A DNA stretch of 64,000 nt from positions 24,180,001 to 24,244,000 of the forward strand of contig OZ024757.1 in NCBI GenBank assembly GCA_964016885.1, given 5' to 3'. Made by a program: the position numbers and the translations under genes. The notes under the pieces are model-generated. The model ran no database searches. It was not told the DNA's origin and saw only the letters and a program-made list of their open reading frames with translations. This DNA comes from Eledone cirrhosa (Eukaryota). Shown piece after piece: positions 28,357-41,746 of this stretch; the first letter of the stretch is position 1; every line of letters begins with the position of its first letter.

Positions 28357-28414
28357 ATACCATGATCATTTCAGTGACTGGGTTCAGTATGAATCCGGTG
28401 ACATCATCAGGTAT
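28357..28414 (-). ncRNA. hammerhead motif (family F), cleavage triplet reads AUG
   Basis: ATAC CTGATGA TGTCACCGGATTCA-TAC-TGAACCCAGTCACT GAAA TGATC ATG GTAT AATAAA. Confidence 0.65.
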
Positions 28415-29159
28415 TCAAAATTTAACAAAGGAATATAATAGACAAAATCCATGGGGCTGAAAAGCAGAGACAGGAGGGCAGCCAAACATTTAGCAGTTCC
28501 TAGCCCGGTCAGCCGCCCTCAAGTGATGATTATTAAGTCTTCTTATGTCCTTCTGGTGAAGGGGCGTAGGCTTATAGTGTACTACTACCAGCTGTCAAAG
28601 ACAGAGGCCAGCGGTGAGATCAGGTTACATTCAAGCTGGTCAGAAGTGCTAGAAAGTGCGGCGAAAAATATTTTTTCATAAAACATATATCTTTAACAAA
28701 GCTATATATAGTGGGCGTCTGCACAGTATATTGTAGGGTCAGAAATTACGATTAAAATTAGAAACGTTAAATGTATGTTAAAAGATGCCATTTAAGATGA
28801 AATTAGAAAAGTAAGAATTAGGGTTAAAGTTGGGAGATTTAGTTAAAGAAGGAGGCGGTTATGAAAAAGTTTATTATAGATAATCACGATAAAGTTTCAG
28901 GGTAGAATATAGAGTAAAGATTAAGCCCATGCTTAGCGGTCATTAACCAGCGACGTTGCGGACCCCCGACCAGCCCAACGGGGTTTCAACCGTTCCGAGT
29001 ATTTTCGTCTAGCGAAAGAAAGGGAAATTTATTTTCCCGAGCACTCCAGGAATGTTAACTGTCTCAAGGGCCGGGGGGTCCTAGCGGGAAGTCCGCCACC
29101 CTGTTTCTGCTTTTCAGCCCTATGGATTTTGTCTATTATATTCCTTTGTTAAATTTCGA

Positions 29160-29217
29160 ATACCTGATGATGTCACCGGATTCATACTGAACCCGGACAC
29201 TGAAATGATCATAGTAT
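29160..29217 (+). ncRNA. minimal hammerhead ribozyme motif (family F)
   Basis: ATAC CTGATGA TGTCACCGGATTCA-TAC-TGAACCCGGACACT GAAA TGATC ATA GTAT AATAAA; palindromic stem III ATGATCAT. Confidence 0.75.
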
Positions 29218-29379
29218 AATAAACCTTTTAAGGAATTACACCAGCCCCAGCCTCTTGTTATTTTATAATATATATATATATATATAGTGAAAGAGTGAAG
29301 AATAACATGGTCGGCTGTACAAAAAGGGTTTTATTTACAGTATTAACAATTGGATTAGCTAAAACGATAACTTGTTATC

Positions 29380-29455
<76 letters not shown>

Positions 29456-29566
29456 GTATATAATATAAGATCAAAAGATGGTTAAAAGAGTTCCAAGTAT
29501 TTTATTATGCGCATTTCATTTATATATACATATATACACACACACACGTGTGTGTGTGTGTGTGTA

Positions 29567-29885
29567 TACAGTAATCCCCCGTTTATCGCAGGGGATACGT
29601 TCCAGAACCAACCACGATAAATGAAAAAACGCGATACAGAAAGACCATAAAGGCAACCGTTATTTTCATAATTTAAGCCCTAAGATATACGCTTCAATAT
29701 CTTTACGATATACACTTCAATTACATTGAAATTTATTTGATAAGTTTAAATGTTAAACACTTTTTATTCAGGCGTACAGCGATAAGAAAATAGATATGTT
29801 CTAACGAAAAATCCGTGATATCGCGAAGATCACCGCGATAGGAAATTAAATACGTTCCAAAGAAAAATCCGCGATGTAACGGGAC
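29567..29885. mobile_element. Tigger/pogo-like MITE remnant
   Basis: TA-CAGTAATCCCCCGTTTATCGC end; related end CGCGAATATCGGGGTACTACTG-TA at about 42665-42688. Confidence 0.5.
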
Positions 29886-29929
29886 ACAAAAAGTGACACA
29901 CAATAAGATTTCTTCGTCTGAGTAAAGCA

Positions 29930-30472
29930 CGCATTAGCAGATCCTGGGTGAAGAAGATGATTTTGCTAATGAGAACCAGTTCAGTTCAAAATGCGCATCC
30001 ACGATTGTCCCCCTTGCTTCTTCTTGACACCGCCAGACGGTATTAGTCGCTGATGTTTTGGCATAGCTACGGCTCTCTAAATGTTTATTTTAAACATACC
30101 GTATTTCTTCTGAAATACAAACTTCCAATACATGTCTGTATACAACTATGCCTGAAGCTAAATTGTAATTCTATTCTATTATAAGTTGAGCCAACTTATA
30201 CAGCTTCTTATGCAAATGAGATTAATCAGCTCATTTACACAGATGAGAAAACCATATATTCTCGCCTGTTTTCAAGTCCAGCAGTTGCTAGAGTGGGAGG
30301 GATCGTGCTGATGAGAAGCAGTTCAGTTCGAAATACATCGACGATTGTCCCCCTTGCTTCTGCTAGACACCGCCAGACGGCGGTAGTCGCTGGTGTATTG
30401 GTATAGCTACGGCTCTCTAAATGTTTATTTTAAACATACCGTATTTCTTCTGAAATAAGAAATTCCAATACA
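29930..30472. repeat. ~170 bp direct repeat pair
   Basis: GATGAGAA.CAGTTCAGTTC...CTTCTGAAATA at about 29965-30132 and 30307-30472. Confidence 0.8.
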
Positions 30473-30849
30473 CACACATATATATATAGAGAGAGAGAGA
30501 TAGATATATATATAAACTAGTCGATGTAGTTCCTCATTATGAAGATGCATTGGTTGCGCTTGTAACGTCTGGCTCTATTAACATTAACTACGGAAGAAAG
30601 GAGAGCCAAAAATAACAAATGGGTGGAAACCTAAGAGACGATTCCATATTTCAGATACTGCTTGGGGAGCTCTGGTGATTGACATAGGATCCAGAGGGGT
30701 TGAATATGATGAAGAATATTTGGAAGAAAATTCTTGTGAATATATTTGCAGTGATAGAAAATAGATTGGCACTGGTTTTGAATAATATTCTAAAACCTCT
30801 AAACACAGTTTGATTCCTTCCTTTATATCATACTTGCAGATAGACAAAT

Positions 30850-31030
30850 AATTGTTTCTACTTTTTGGCACAAGGCCAGCAATTAACCAGTGTATTACTG
30901 GTACTTTATTTTATCGACCCCATAAGGATGAAAGGCAAAGTTAACCTCGGCGGGATTTGAACTCAGAATGGCAAGGGCCGTAACTCTATGCGTCAAAGCA
31001 TGGCGTCTGACCCTCTACCGATACTGCCAA
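30850..31030 (-). mobile_element. SINE family 1
   Basis: Reverse complement of the consensus. Confidence 0.85.
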
Positions 31031-31724
31031 GCCATGATAACAACCAAAGTAATCTAATTTAATAACGAAATTACTTTCAATTAACTTGCTCAGAAAATTC
31101 AAACTCGAGTGACCCACAACTACGTTACACCACGAAAATATCAATAATTAAAATTTACAAACTACCATTGTGCATATCAGACTTAAATGCAGCATTTGTA
31201 ATGATATTGAAATAACTTTTATCTAGAAAGAAGTTACTAATTCTAATGGATTCCTATAATATGCCTATCTGATATTTATATTCCCTTTCAAAGAGATGGT
31301 TATCCACAAGAACAAACTCCATGACTTTTACTGGCTCTTTCAGTACATCTCTCTCGTCATTCTGTCAGTTGAGACCATGAGACAGCAACAATAAAATAGA
31401 TACAATTCATAATGTAAAGGAGACATTCGCTTATGTTGATAGTAAGAATGGACCAAGTTCGACAATGTAGACCAAGAAAATATCTTGTACTTTGTAGAAC
31501 TTTCAGGAATGTTGACACCCTAGGACGTTAAGAACTAGATGCTTAACGTTTAAAGGTAGAATGTGGAAAGAGAGAACCAAACGTAAGTCAGGGTGGTTTT
31601 ATAAGAGAAAGAAAGGGACGAAACTCAGTTTAGGTCTTTGTGAACGACGATTATGATGTGTAGAAGGCTTAATAGATAGAATAAAGAAGCTGAAAATCAA
31701 ATGTAAACAACATATTTCACTTAC

Positions 31725-32161
31725 TGTTCACGCAGATCTTCAACTTCTTCTTCAAGCCCTTCATTGCGGGAGTTTGCTTCTGCAAGTTGCTTATCCTTCT
31801 CTTCTAGCAGCCTTTTCAAATCATCCAGCTGCTCATCATACGCTTTCTTAATTATCTCAACGTTAAATTCAACCTTGGATTTATTTAAGAGTTCTCTAAG
31901 ATGTTTGTTCTCAGCCTCCAAGTAACGTGTTTTTTCAAGGTGATTGGCAAGCTTATAATTCAAACCTTGCATTTCATGCTTTTCTTTTTCATTGCAAGAT
32001 TTCATATTGGCAACATTTTTCTGGGACGCCTTGGACACCACCCCAGCTTGTAAACTCAATGGGGCGCTTCCCATTGAATAAGTTGAATTGGGTTTATTTA
32101 ACCGAATACTTGTCCTCGGTTGGGATGTTCTACTCCGTCGTCGAAAGGTTTTATCAGACAT
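31725..32161 (-). CDS. IF gene 1 exon 1 (head, coil 1a, start of coil 1b)
   Basis: ATG at 32161; EKHEMQGLNYKLANHLEKTRYLEAENKHL resembles the IF coil 1a motif; donor CA|GTAAGT, phase 2; 437 nt. Confidence 0.95.
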
Positions 32162-32185
32162 TTTCGTAGTTGTTCTTTAAGCACT

Positions 32186-32193
32186 TGACGTCA
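32186..32193. promoter_or_regulatory. perfect CRE palindrome TGACGTCA in the putative 5' UTR
   Basis: TTGACGTCAA 25 nt upstream of the ATG; motif match only. Confidence 0.3.
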
Positions 32194-32336
32194 AATAAAA
32201 TACCAGAATGGGATGAAGTACGGTTCACTTTCTTGGAAATGAACTGAACACTGGAGAAAAATTACCAGAGAAAGATCTTACACCTGAACAAGCTTCCCGA
32301 CACTGCTAAGTGGCCAATAATAAGGCGTTGGCCTTC

Positions 32337-32346
32337 CTTATATATA
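32337..32346 (-). promoter_or_regulatory. candidate TATA box of IF gene 1
   Basis: Isolated TATATATAAG in non-repeat context about 180 nt upstream of the ATG. Confidence 0.55.
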
Positions 32347-32899
32347 CCAACGAAGGGTTGTAGTGAGAGGTCCAGAAAGTGAGATGGAATGATTGAGAGA
32401 GAAAGGGGAACGGTAGAGATCTAAAGAAGGGGATAAAGTATAAGATAAAAGTAAGAGTTGATTAAGTGGTGGGGATGTAATAAATCTCATTCGTTCCACT
32501 TGTAACTATACTTGTTCAGTAATATACACTGTACAGTAAAACAAGTAAAGGAAAGAAAAAGAAAGATTAAAAGACATCATTGAAGGTAAGAGTTCATAAT
32601 AACGCCTCAGTCAACAATGCGTATGACCTGAATAAATTGTTAACCAAGCATCCACTTATCTGCATACCAAAGAAAGCAGTCATGCGAGACATACTTCGTG
32701 ATTCAATTCTCCTACTAATAATTCAGTGGTTTTGTTTTGAAAATAAAAATATTTATGTGTGTTAAGCAAACGGCGAATGGATTTGAAATCGAATTGGAAG
32801 ATTTCGCCGTATATTTGACTCAAGAAAAATTGTCCCCAGAACGGAAAAATCATAGACATAGACGCACATCATATATTTATGATTTTTCTGAGTATAAAT

Positions 32900-33178
32900 A
32901 AGTCTATCTCGAGCCCAGAAGTTCATCAAGCTGGTGCATATCCCGATTTCCGTGGTGTAAAGCGACTAAGAGTACAAATTCACCCCTGGACAGGACGCCA
33001 GTTCATCGCAGGGTTACACCTCCAGCGATTAATGGTACTCCTTTTCAGCTGAGTGTACTGGAGCAACGTGAAATGAAGTCTTTTGCTGAAGAACACAACA
33101 CACAACCCAGTCCAGGAATCGAAGGCATGGCATCATGATTGTGACTTCAACAACCTTACCAGTAAGCCACGCACCTCT
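32900..33178 (-). mobile_element. tRNA-derived SINE family 2
   Basis: Head GCGTGGCT...GGT...TTCGATTCC and core GAGCAAGACACTT..TTTCACGTTGCTCC; other copies at about 51445-51800 (-) and 63055-63180 (+). Confidence 0.7.
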
Positions 33179-33400
33179 ATTTGTTGCAAGGTTTTAGTTC
33201 CCCCATTACCGCCTTGAGCCTTGTGTCATCTTTCCTTTAATAGAGGACCATCTGTTGCAAATTTTGGATCTAAATCAGACATCATGACATATTCTTCCCA
33301 TTCGCCTAACAAATATTTACATACGCATTCCTCGCTGATTCTGTAAAATCATGTACTGCTTCTTAACAAAAATGAATTTATAATATATAATCATGTGTGC

Positions 33401-33454
<54 letters not shown>

Positions 33455-33693
33455 ATATACATATATATATATTGTTATACTTGGGGAGGGTCATATTTGT
33501 GTAATATTGCCAGAATTAATAACAGAACACACTCACTTTTTGGTTGGTTTTCACTTTTCGCTTCTGTGTCTTTTATATCGGTAATCTAATTTATTCGGTT
33601 CTCAATGTTACCATTGACTGACCAACGGTCAAAAATAATACAGATACAATATAGGCACACGATTTCATATCAAAAACCTCGCAAAACTAATTC

Positions 33694-33800
<107 letters not shown>

Positions 33801-34390
33801 TATATATATACATAGATATATATACATAGATATATATACATATATATATATACATAAATATATATACATATATATATATATATATACATAAAAATATATA
33901 CATATATATATATAAACATATATATATAAATATATATATATATATAAATACCTATAAACATATATATATATACTTATATATAAACATATATATATATATA
34001 AATACATATAAACATATATATATATATACTTATATATAAACATATATATATATATATATATACTTATATATAAACATATATATATATATACTTATATATA
34101 TACATATAAATATATATATATAAACGGAAAAAATGAAACAAAATTTTATTTCTCACTTTTAGTACGGCTGTTACTTAACTATAAGTATGTATACGTACAT
34201 ACATATATGTATACAGACCTACAGTAGTATATATATATATATATACATACATGCACACACATATATATATGTACGTATGGATTCACCGAACATTTATTAT
34301 AATGCTCGGTGTGTTTGTCAACAAACATCCCGTATTAAGCCGTAGTGTCCAGCAACCATCGTTGCTCCTTTGTTCAACACTGACAAAGGA

Positions 34391-34433
34391 ACGATGTACT
34401 AGTTTCAAGCTTATTAGCTATCGTCAGCAATGT
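34391..34433 (-). ncRNA. minimal hammerhead ribozyme motif (family G)
   Basis: ttg CTGACGA TAGCT-AATA-AGCTT GAAA CTAGTA ca; stem I weak. Confidence 0.6.
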
Positions 34434-34527
34434 AACTCACTCGATATGCAAATTAGGCTGCTCAGCCGTTAATATGCATAAGGAAAGTATATACTTTCAG
34501 GCGTTCAATCATCTGACAGGAAGGTAT

Positions 34528-34570
34528 ACGTTGCTGACGATATCTAATAAGCTTGAAACTAGTACAGCGT
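34528..34570 (+). ncRNA. minimal hammerhead ribozyme motif (family G)
   Basis: ACGTTG CTGACGA TATCT-AATA-AGCTT GAAA CTAGTA CAGCGT; palindromic stem III ACTAGT, GUA triplet. Confidence 0.65.
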
Positions 34571-35209
34571 TCCTTTGTCAGTGTTGAACAAAAGAGCAAC
34601 GATGGTTGCTAGACACTGTACGGCTTAATTCGGGATGTTTGTTTACAAACACAACGAGCATTATAATAAATGTTCGGTGAATCCATACGTACATATATAT
34701 GTGTGCATGTATGTATATATATATATATATACATACATGCGTACGTCCGTATACATATATGTATGTACGTATACATACTCTAAAAAACAATAGCTTACGG
34801 TCTTCAAAATGCTTTTAATTAAGCATAAAGTGTATTGCAAAATACACTATATATACATCCATATATATATTGCTTTTTCAGAGCTCCAATTCTAATTTTT
34901 AATTTCTGCCTGACCAACAACCGCTCTGCATAATCAGCTCCTGATTATTTACTAGAATTCTATAAGAATGTAACATCAGTGATCTCGGTAGACAGGTGGG
35001 AGTAGTTAGCCTTGATAAGCTTCAACAAAAGCGAAACAAGGCCTTGTTGGCTTATCTCCCCTGTTTGCTGAGATCAAAGTAAGTGAATTTGTCACTACTC
35101 TAAAAAACAATAGCTCATGGTCTTCAAAATGCTTTTAATTAAGCATAAAGTGTATTGAAAAATATACTATATATACACATATATATATATATAAATATAT
35201 ATATACACA

Positions 35210-35335
<126 letters not shown>

Positions 35336-35438
35336 TATATATACATATATATATATATACATATAAATATATATATATACATATATATATACATATATAT
35401 ACATATATATATATACATATATATATACATATATATAC

Positions 35439-35527
<89 letters not shown>

Positions 35528-35554
35528 TATATACATATATATATACATATATAT

Positions 35555-36626
35555 CTTTTCTCTTTTACTCGTTTACCTGTTCCAGCCAGCTGAGGCCATG
35601 CTGGGGCACCGCCCTTATTGCTACACATTTTATCTCCAGCCTGTATTGGTTGGCCACTGGAACAAGAGGGAGTTTGTTGTTGCTGCCCTTAGATTTCTCT
35701 CGTGCCTTGCTGTGGGCTCATCCGGGATCCGGGATAGCAAGGTGTCGAGATGTTTCTTGAAGACATCCACCTCTACACCATGTAGATCTCTCAGATCCCT
35801 CGGCAGCTTGTTGAAAATTTGAGGACCCTTGAATCCCAGGCTATTGCAATATCTGTTCCTTATTCTAGATATGGAAGACGGGACCTTTGGCACCACACAG
35901 TGACGTCCTGTTCGACGGTTGGTCCAGCTCCCAATGCCAAAGTTTGGTGCTATCCTTCCAGGATTTTACACATGTAGATCACTGCGTATCTCCCCGTCTT
36001 CGTTCCAAGGAGTAGAGGTTCAGTTCCTTCAGCCTCTCCCAGTAGCTTGTCTCCTTCATCGTAGTAATCCTCTTCGTGTAGCTTCGCTGGATTGCCTCAA
36101 GCTCCGTGGTTAGTTTGACACTATGGCGTGACCACAATTAGGAGCAATAGTCCAGGTGGCTTAGGACAAATGTCCTCCATAGTGTCAACATGGTGTCTCG
36201 GTCTCTTGTCCGGAAAGTCCTCAAGATCCAGCCAGCGAGTCGTCTGCACATTGTCGCCACTTTCATGATGTGTGAGGAAAAAGATGCATGTCTATACCCA
36301 GGTCTCGTATCGATTTTGACACGGGGATATCGGTCCCTCCTGGTCCTGTGTAATTGTGTTGTACTATATTTGTGTTTGCAGGTTTATTTGGAGGTTTGTT
36401 TTGTAGGGCTTGGAATTCGCCAGCATGAAACTGCATGTTGTTTTCTTCCGCCCATTTGCATATGGCATCCAGATCTTGTAAAAAGGGCAGCGTCCGCCGG
36501 ATTTTTGATTGACTGTGCTACCTTAGTGTCTTCAGCATAGCTAGTGAGGGATGTTGTTGTATGTACTACAGAGAGCATGTCTGAGAGAGCCACCAAAAAC
36601 AGTAGTAGTCCCAGGAGTGTCCCTTG
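35555..36626 (-). mobile_element. 5'-truncated copy of the same CR1-like LINE
   Basis: Reverse complement of about 19929-20990; 3' end abuts (TA)n. Confidence 0.9.
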
Positions 36627-36744
36627 GCGTATAGACGCGTCGTCCAAGCACCCCACTCTTCTTAGTCCTCTGTGCTACATATGGATCGTTCTTGTGATAT
36701 AGGTCGGTAGAGTTTATACTATTGATCTAATTCCTCTATATAGC

Positions 36745-36789
36745 GCTCTGATGAGTCCTGCAATTATGCAAGGACGAAACACTGTTTGC
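36745..36789 (+). ncRNA. minimal hammerhead ribozyme motif (family D)
   Basis: GCT CTGATGA GTCCTGCA-ATTA-TGCAAGGAC GAAAC ACT GTT TGC, then AATAAA. Confidence 0.75.
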
Positions 36790-36830
36790 AAATAAAGATT
36801 AATTGATGATGTAAGCGCTCTTTGTTTTTG

Positions 36831-36867
<37 letters not shown>

Positions 36868-36871
36868 TACT

Positions 36872-36923
<52 letters not shown>

Positions 36924-36924
36924 C

Positions 36925-36969
<45 letters not shown>

Positions 36970-37149
36970 TATATACATATATATATATACATATATATAT
37001 ATACATATATATATATACATATATATATACATATATATATGTATGTATGTATGTATATATATATATATATATATATACATATATATATACATATATATAT
37101 ATATGAAACAAAAACAAAGAGCGCTTACATCATCAATTAATCTTTATTT

Positions 37150-37194
37150 GCTGACAGTGTTTCGTCCTTGCATAATTGCAGGACTCATCAGAGC
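37150..37194 (-). ncRNA. minimal hammerhead ribozyme motif (family D)
   Basis: GCT CTGATGA GTCCTGCA-ATTA-TGCAAGGAC GAAAC ACT GTC AGC, then AATAAA; GUC triplet. Confidence 0.85.
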
Positions 37195-37749
37195 GTTATA
37201 AAGAGGAATTATCACAAGAACGATCCATATGTAGCACAGAGGACTAAGACGTTTGGGGTGCTTGGACGACGCGTCACCGCTAGAAGCCGATACATATAAG
37301 ACCAAAATCAGTTACAATAATTAAAGATAAGAGATAAAACGTAAAGGGTAGAGTCTAGAAGTAAGGATAAAATAAAGATAACAATAAAGTGATGATAATA
37401 TAAGAAAAAAAAAAAAGAAAAAAAATGAGAATAAAAAGAGGATGTGAAAAAATAAAGATAAAAATAAAAATAAAACATAAAAGATAACACATTATATAAG
37501 CAATGCAAATAAATGAAGTTGTAGACAGTAAAGGATTTCAGAGGTGACAGTTTAAGAATAATTGTTTCTACTTTAGGCACAAGGCCAGCAATTACCCAGT
37601 ACAGTTTAAGAATAATATCAACGAAAGTGAATGATGTAGGCAGAGTCATATATAGCGGGAGCCAGATAAAGCGATGATATAGTGGAATTCCATGTATCCA
37701 TCACAGTATGGCAACAAGTGTTATAGGTGGCGTAAAAAGAAGGAAACAT

Positions 37750-38165
37750 TGAAAAAATGTATAGTTGTTTACAGTTTCAATTAATTAAATTCTTTGTGCT
37801 AATATACATTCTATTGTGTTACAAGTGAATCCCTTTTGTATAATGTTATTTATTTATATTTAATTTTAAATACAGTCTATTCTCCTATAATACATTAAAG
37901 GTCTCATTATATTGTTATCTATCCAGTACTGAATAAAATATAATATAAACTATAAGTAATCTATAGAAAAAATGTATAGTTATTTACAGGTCCAATTAGT
38001 TAAATCTCTTGTGTTATTAATATACATTACATTATGTTATAAGTGAATACCTTATATATAATGCTATTAATTTATATATTTAATTATAAATATAATTTAT
38101 TTTTCTATAATACATTAAATGTCTTATCATATTATTATCTATCCATTACTGAATATAATATATGT
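37750..38165. repeat. ~215 bp diverged tandem duplication
   Basis: GAAAAAATGTATAGTT...CCAKTACTGAATA occurs twice. Confidence 0.8.
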
Positions 38166-38643
38166 AAGTTATAGTAGTTTTATTATATGGTGGTAATGTT
38201 ATGTTTATTTCTAATAGTTATTGAAGAGTATAAGGTTTGAGATAAATAGGAGTTATTTAGAGCAATGAACTGATCCTAGATGGTGATGTCCAGCAGAAAT
38301 ATATATAAAAATATATAAAAATATACTGAAGTTCTGTAAATATTTCATAATTTTCGTAGAATACACATTTTTGTATTATTTTCTTTCTTATGTTTTGTAT
38401 GTATATATTCTAAATAAATGTTTAAGATTATGTTATGCAATATTAAAATACCTTTTAACATCTTTTATTCTCATGAAAATGAACATTACGACAGATTAGA
38501 TATCTTATGAATAGATTTGAACATAGTTCAGATTGGGGCGAATGCTTGGAGGTCGGTAGAATATACTATTTATATGGCTGCACTGCTGAAGGCATTCGTC
38601 GGCTTAGCTGCGGCTCGAACTTCGAATATGCTGTACTTTCAGT

Positions 38644-38686
<43 letters not shown>

Positions 38687-39387
38687 AGAGAGAGAGAGAG
38701 AAAATTCTATACGTTAATAAAAAAAAAAAAAATAAATAAAAAAATAAAAAAAAAAACATCAGTAAGGTGTTCAAATATTTATTTAAAGCTCGAATGTGGT
38801 TTATTTTATATCCTGAATAATGAGAGATATTTCAGGGGTAAACTCCTCACAATATCCTTATAAAGAAATCATCAAGATCAATAATAAATATAACATATTA
38901 CAGTGTTTTAATTACCGGTCAATGTATTATTTAACCGTATGTTCCAGGTTAGATTTGTCAGAATTATTTAACGGTACTCTTCATAAAAGTTGTTCTACCT
39001 AGTATTATTGGCAGTCCTATTCCGATGTTAATATAATCTGTCTGTCATCACTGCAACTATATTAGTATTCACTGTAGTTATAGTCAAATTTAGGCTCAGT
39101 ATATCGTTTTTTTAATCGTTAATGTTTTGAAGCCTCCAGAAGCAAGTAACGGCTAAACATATCTGGGGTTTATCATCCTTTATTTTGTTAGGTTAGCGAA
39201 ATATACTGTAGCCACCAACTGCTCGTGTTCGTACATAGAGCCAAATCATATCTGTACTGAGCCCCACCTCTATACACGCATACATATACACACATATATA
39301 TCTTCACACACAAATATACATGTCGATAGACGCACGCACGCACTCACACACATACACACACACACGCGCATACATATATATATATAT

Positions 39388-39487
<100 letters not shown>

Positions 39488-39666
39488 GATATTAAATAAA
39501 TGGAAACTATATTTATAAAACCATATTTATTTCATTATATATATTTCAGGGATATCATAGTTTCCATTTATTTAATATCGTAAATATACTCCAAATACTT
39601 GTTGAGTGCTTTTATATCAGTTATAAATATTTACTAGTTGTAACCCAACAATTTAAATATAACTTT

Positions 39667-39699
<33 letters not shown>

Positions 39700-40330
39700 G
39701 CATATATCCCGGGTTCATTCGGGAGTAACCGCAGTAAGTAAGGTACTCAATACATAATCTAATATAGAAATGGCAAAAAGGGTTTAGGGGAAAAAATATA
39801 TAAATATCCAGAACATAAACATACACACACTCAACCACGCGCTTATACGTAATAGTACCTAGAGGTATACTTTCTCGCATAAGCGTATTTGCGTCTACGT
39901 GGAAATACGAACAGACACACAAATACATACACACACATATACACAAATATATAGTGTACGCACAAACACACACTGACATATAAAAATGTATACACATACA
40001 TACGTGTGTGTATGTATTTATGTGCCTCTTCGTATTTATTTATATTTATATAAATTTATGGATATTTATTTATATATTTTTTCCCCTAAAACCTTTTTGC
40101 CCGTTTTTTCAGCCTCACTTTCATATTTCCGAAATTTTGTTTTCAAATCTATATTTAATAAAAACGCCATGTTATTTATTCATTCTGACGACTGAAAACA
40201 TATAAATATCTGCCTTCAAGAAACAACTGAAATAATTATCTTATGTTGTTTATTACATAAATATATATATATATATATATATTAAGAAAGTAAAACAAAG
40301 AAGCCTTCAATACATCAAAAGTCTTTATTA

Positions 40331-40368
40331 GCCGACAATGTTTCGTCCTATTAAGGACTCATCAGGGC
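40331..40368 (-). ncRNA. minimal hammerhead ribozyme motif (family E)
   Basis: GCC CTGATGA GTCCT-TAAT-AGGAC GAAAC ATT GTC GGC t AATAAA. Confidence 0.88.
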
Positions 40369-40685
40369 AATTAAAACAACAAGAAGTATTATCGGCCAAT
40401 ACAAGCCGGAAACTCCGAAGAATATGGAGTGTACATACACTAAAGTATTGCAAGATTATGGGTAAAAATATATAATAAAAATATATAATAAAAATTACTA
40501 AGGAGGTGTATAACATTAAGAACCATATTACAAATATAGTCCAAAGCAAAATGTTATACACCTCCTTAGTAATTTTTATTATATATTTTTACCCATAATC
40601 TTGCAATACTTTAGTGTATGTACACTCCATATTCTTCGGAGTTTCCGGCTTGTATTGGCCGATAATACTTCTTGTTGTTTTAATT

Positions 40686-40723
40686 GCCCTGATGAGTCCT
40701 TAATAGGACGAAACATTGTCGGC
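40686..40723 (+). ncRNA. minimal hammerhead ribozyme motif (family E)
   Basis: Identical to 40331-40368 on the opposite strand. Confidence 0.88.
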
Positions 40724-40870
40724 TAATAAAGACTTTTGATGTATTGAAGGCTTCTTTGTTTTACTTTCTTAATTCTTCGGCTCTGTTTAACTACATTGAG
40801 CTATACCTTTTAATGTCATTTCTATAATACGAAGAGGGTGTTTAACTCCAACACGCTCCAGTATTTTAAC

Positions 40871-40914
<44 letters not shown>

Positions 40915-41080
40915 GATAACAAGTTACCCTGATCAACGAAACAATTGTCAGTACTTGAAATTAAGCCCCTTATTGTATAGCCAACCATGTTACTCTTCAT
41001 TGTTTCACTATATATATGTCCCAAGGCTCTGATACCATCAACACCATAAACACAGAGCTGGCATATCTAAGAACTAACTA

Positions 41081-41136
41081 ACTGCCTGATGAGGCCATAG
41101 CCATTCAATGGCTATCATCGAAATATATATAGCAGT
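41081..41136 (+). ncRNA. minimal hammerhead ribozyme motif (family A)
   Basis: ACTGC CTGATGA GGCCATAGCCA-TTCAA-TGGCTATCATC GAAA TATATATA GCAGT, then AATAAA. Confidence 0.82.
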
Positions 41137-41177
41137 AAATAAAGGATTATGAGTTCATGCAATTGACTTATGTTTCG

Positions 41178-41253
<76 letters not shown>

Positions 41254-41622
41254 GAAAAATTTGAACAGGGACAGAACAGAGAGGCAGTACAATAAATGTT
41301 TATTAAATTCACGCTCAGGAGAGTGGGGGGTAGGTGGGGGACGACGTTTCGGGCATAAGCCCTTCTTCGGGTGAGAAGTGTGTGGGAACAGAGTTCAAAA
41401 GGTGTGTAGGGGAGTGGTGGAGAGACATATAGCGAAAGGAAACGGTGCGAATGAAAAATTAGGTAATGCGTGGAAGGAAAGACAAAGTGTTGGAAGGTGT
41501 GTAAAGTTCGGAGAAAGGTCACGGCGGATTAGATCGGGGTTGAGCCGGTTGTTAAGTTATGTTCCAAGGATGGAAGCCGTGTGAGCGTGTGTTATATATA
41601 TATTTGTATATATATATATATG

Positions 41623-41675
<53 letters not shown>

Positions 41676-41696
41676 ATATATATATATTTATATATT

Positions 41697-41746
<50 letters not shown>

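Noticed and set aside
41121-41182. Idea that the cleaved UAUAUAUA end directly primes insertion into (TA)n
   Set aside because: Genomic copies extend about 45-50 nt past the predicted cleavage site before reaching the TA tract
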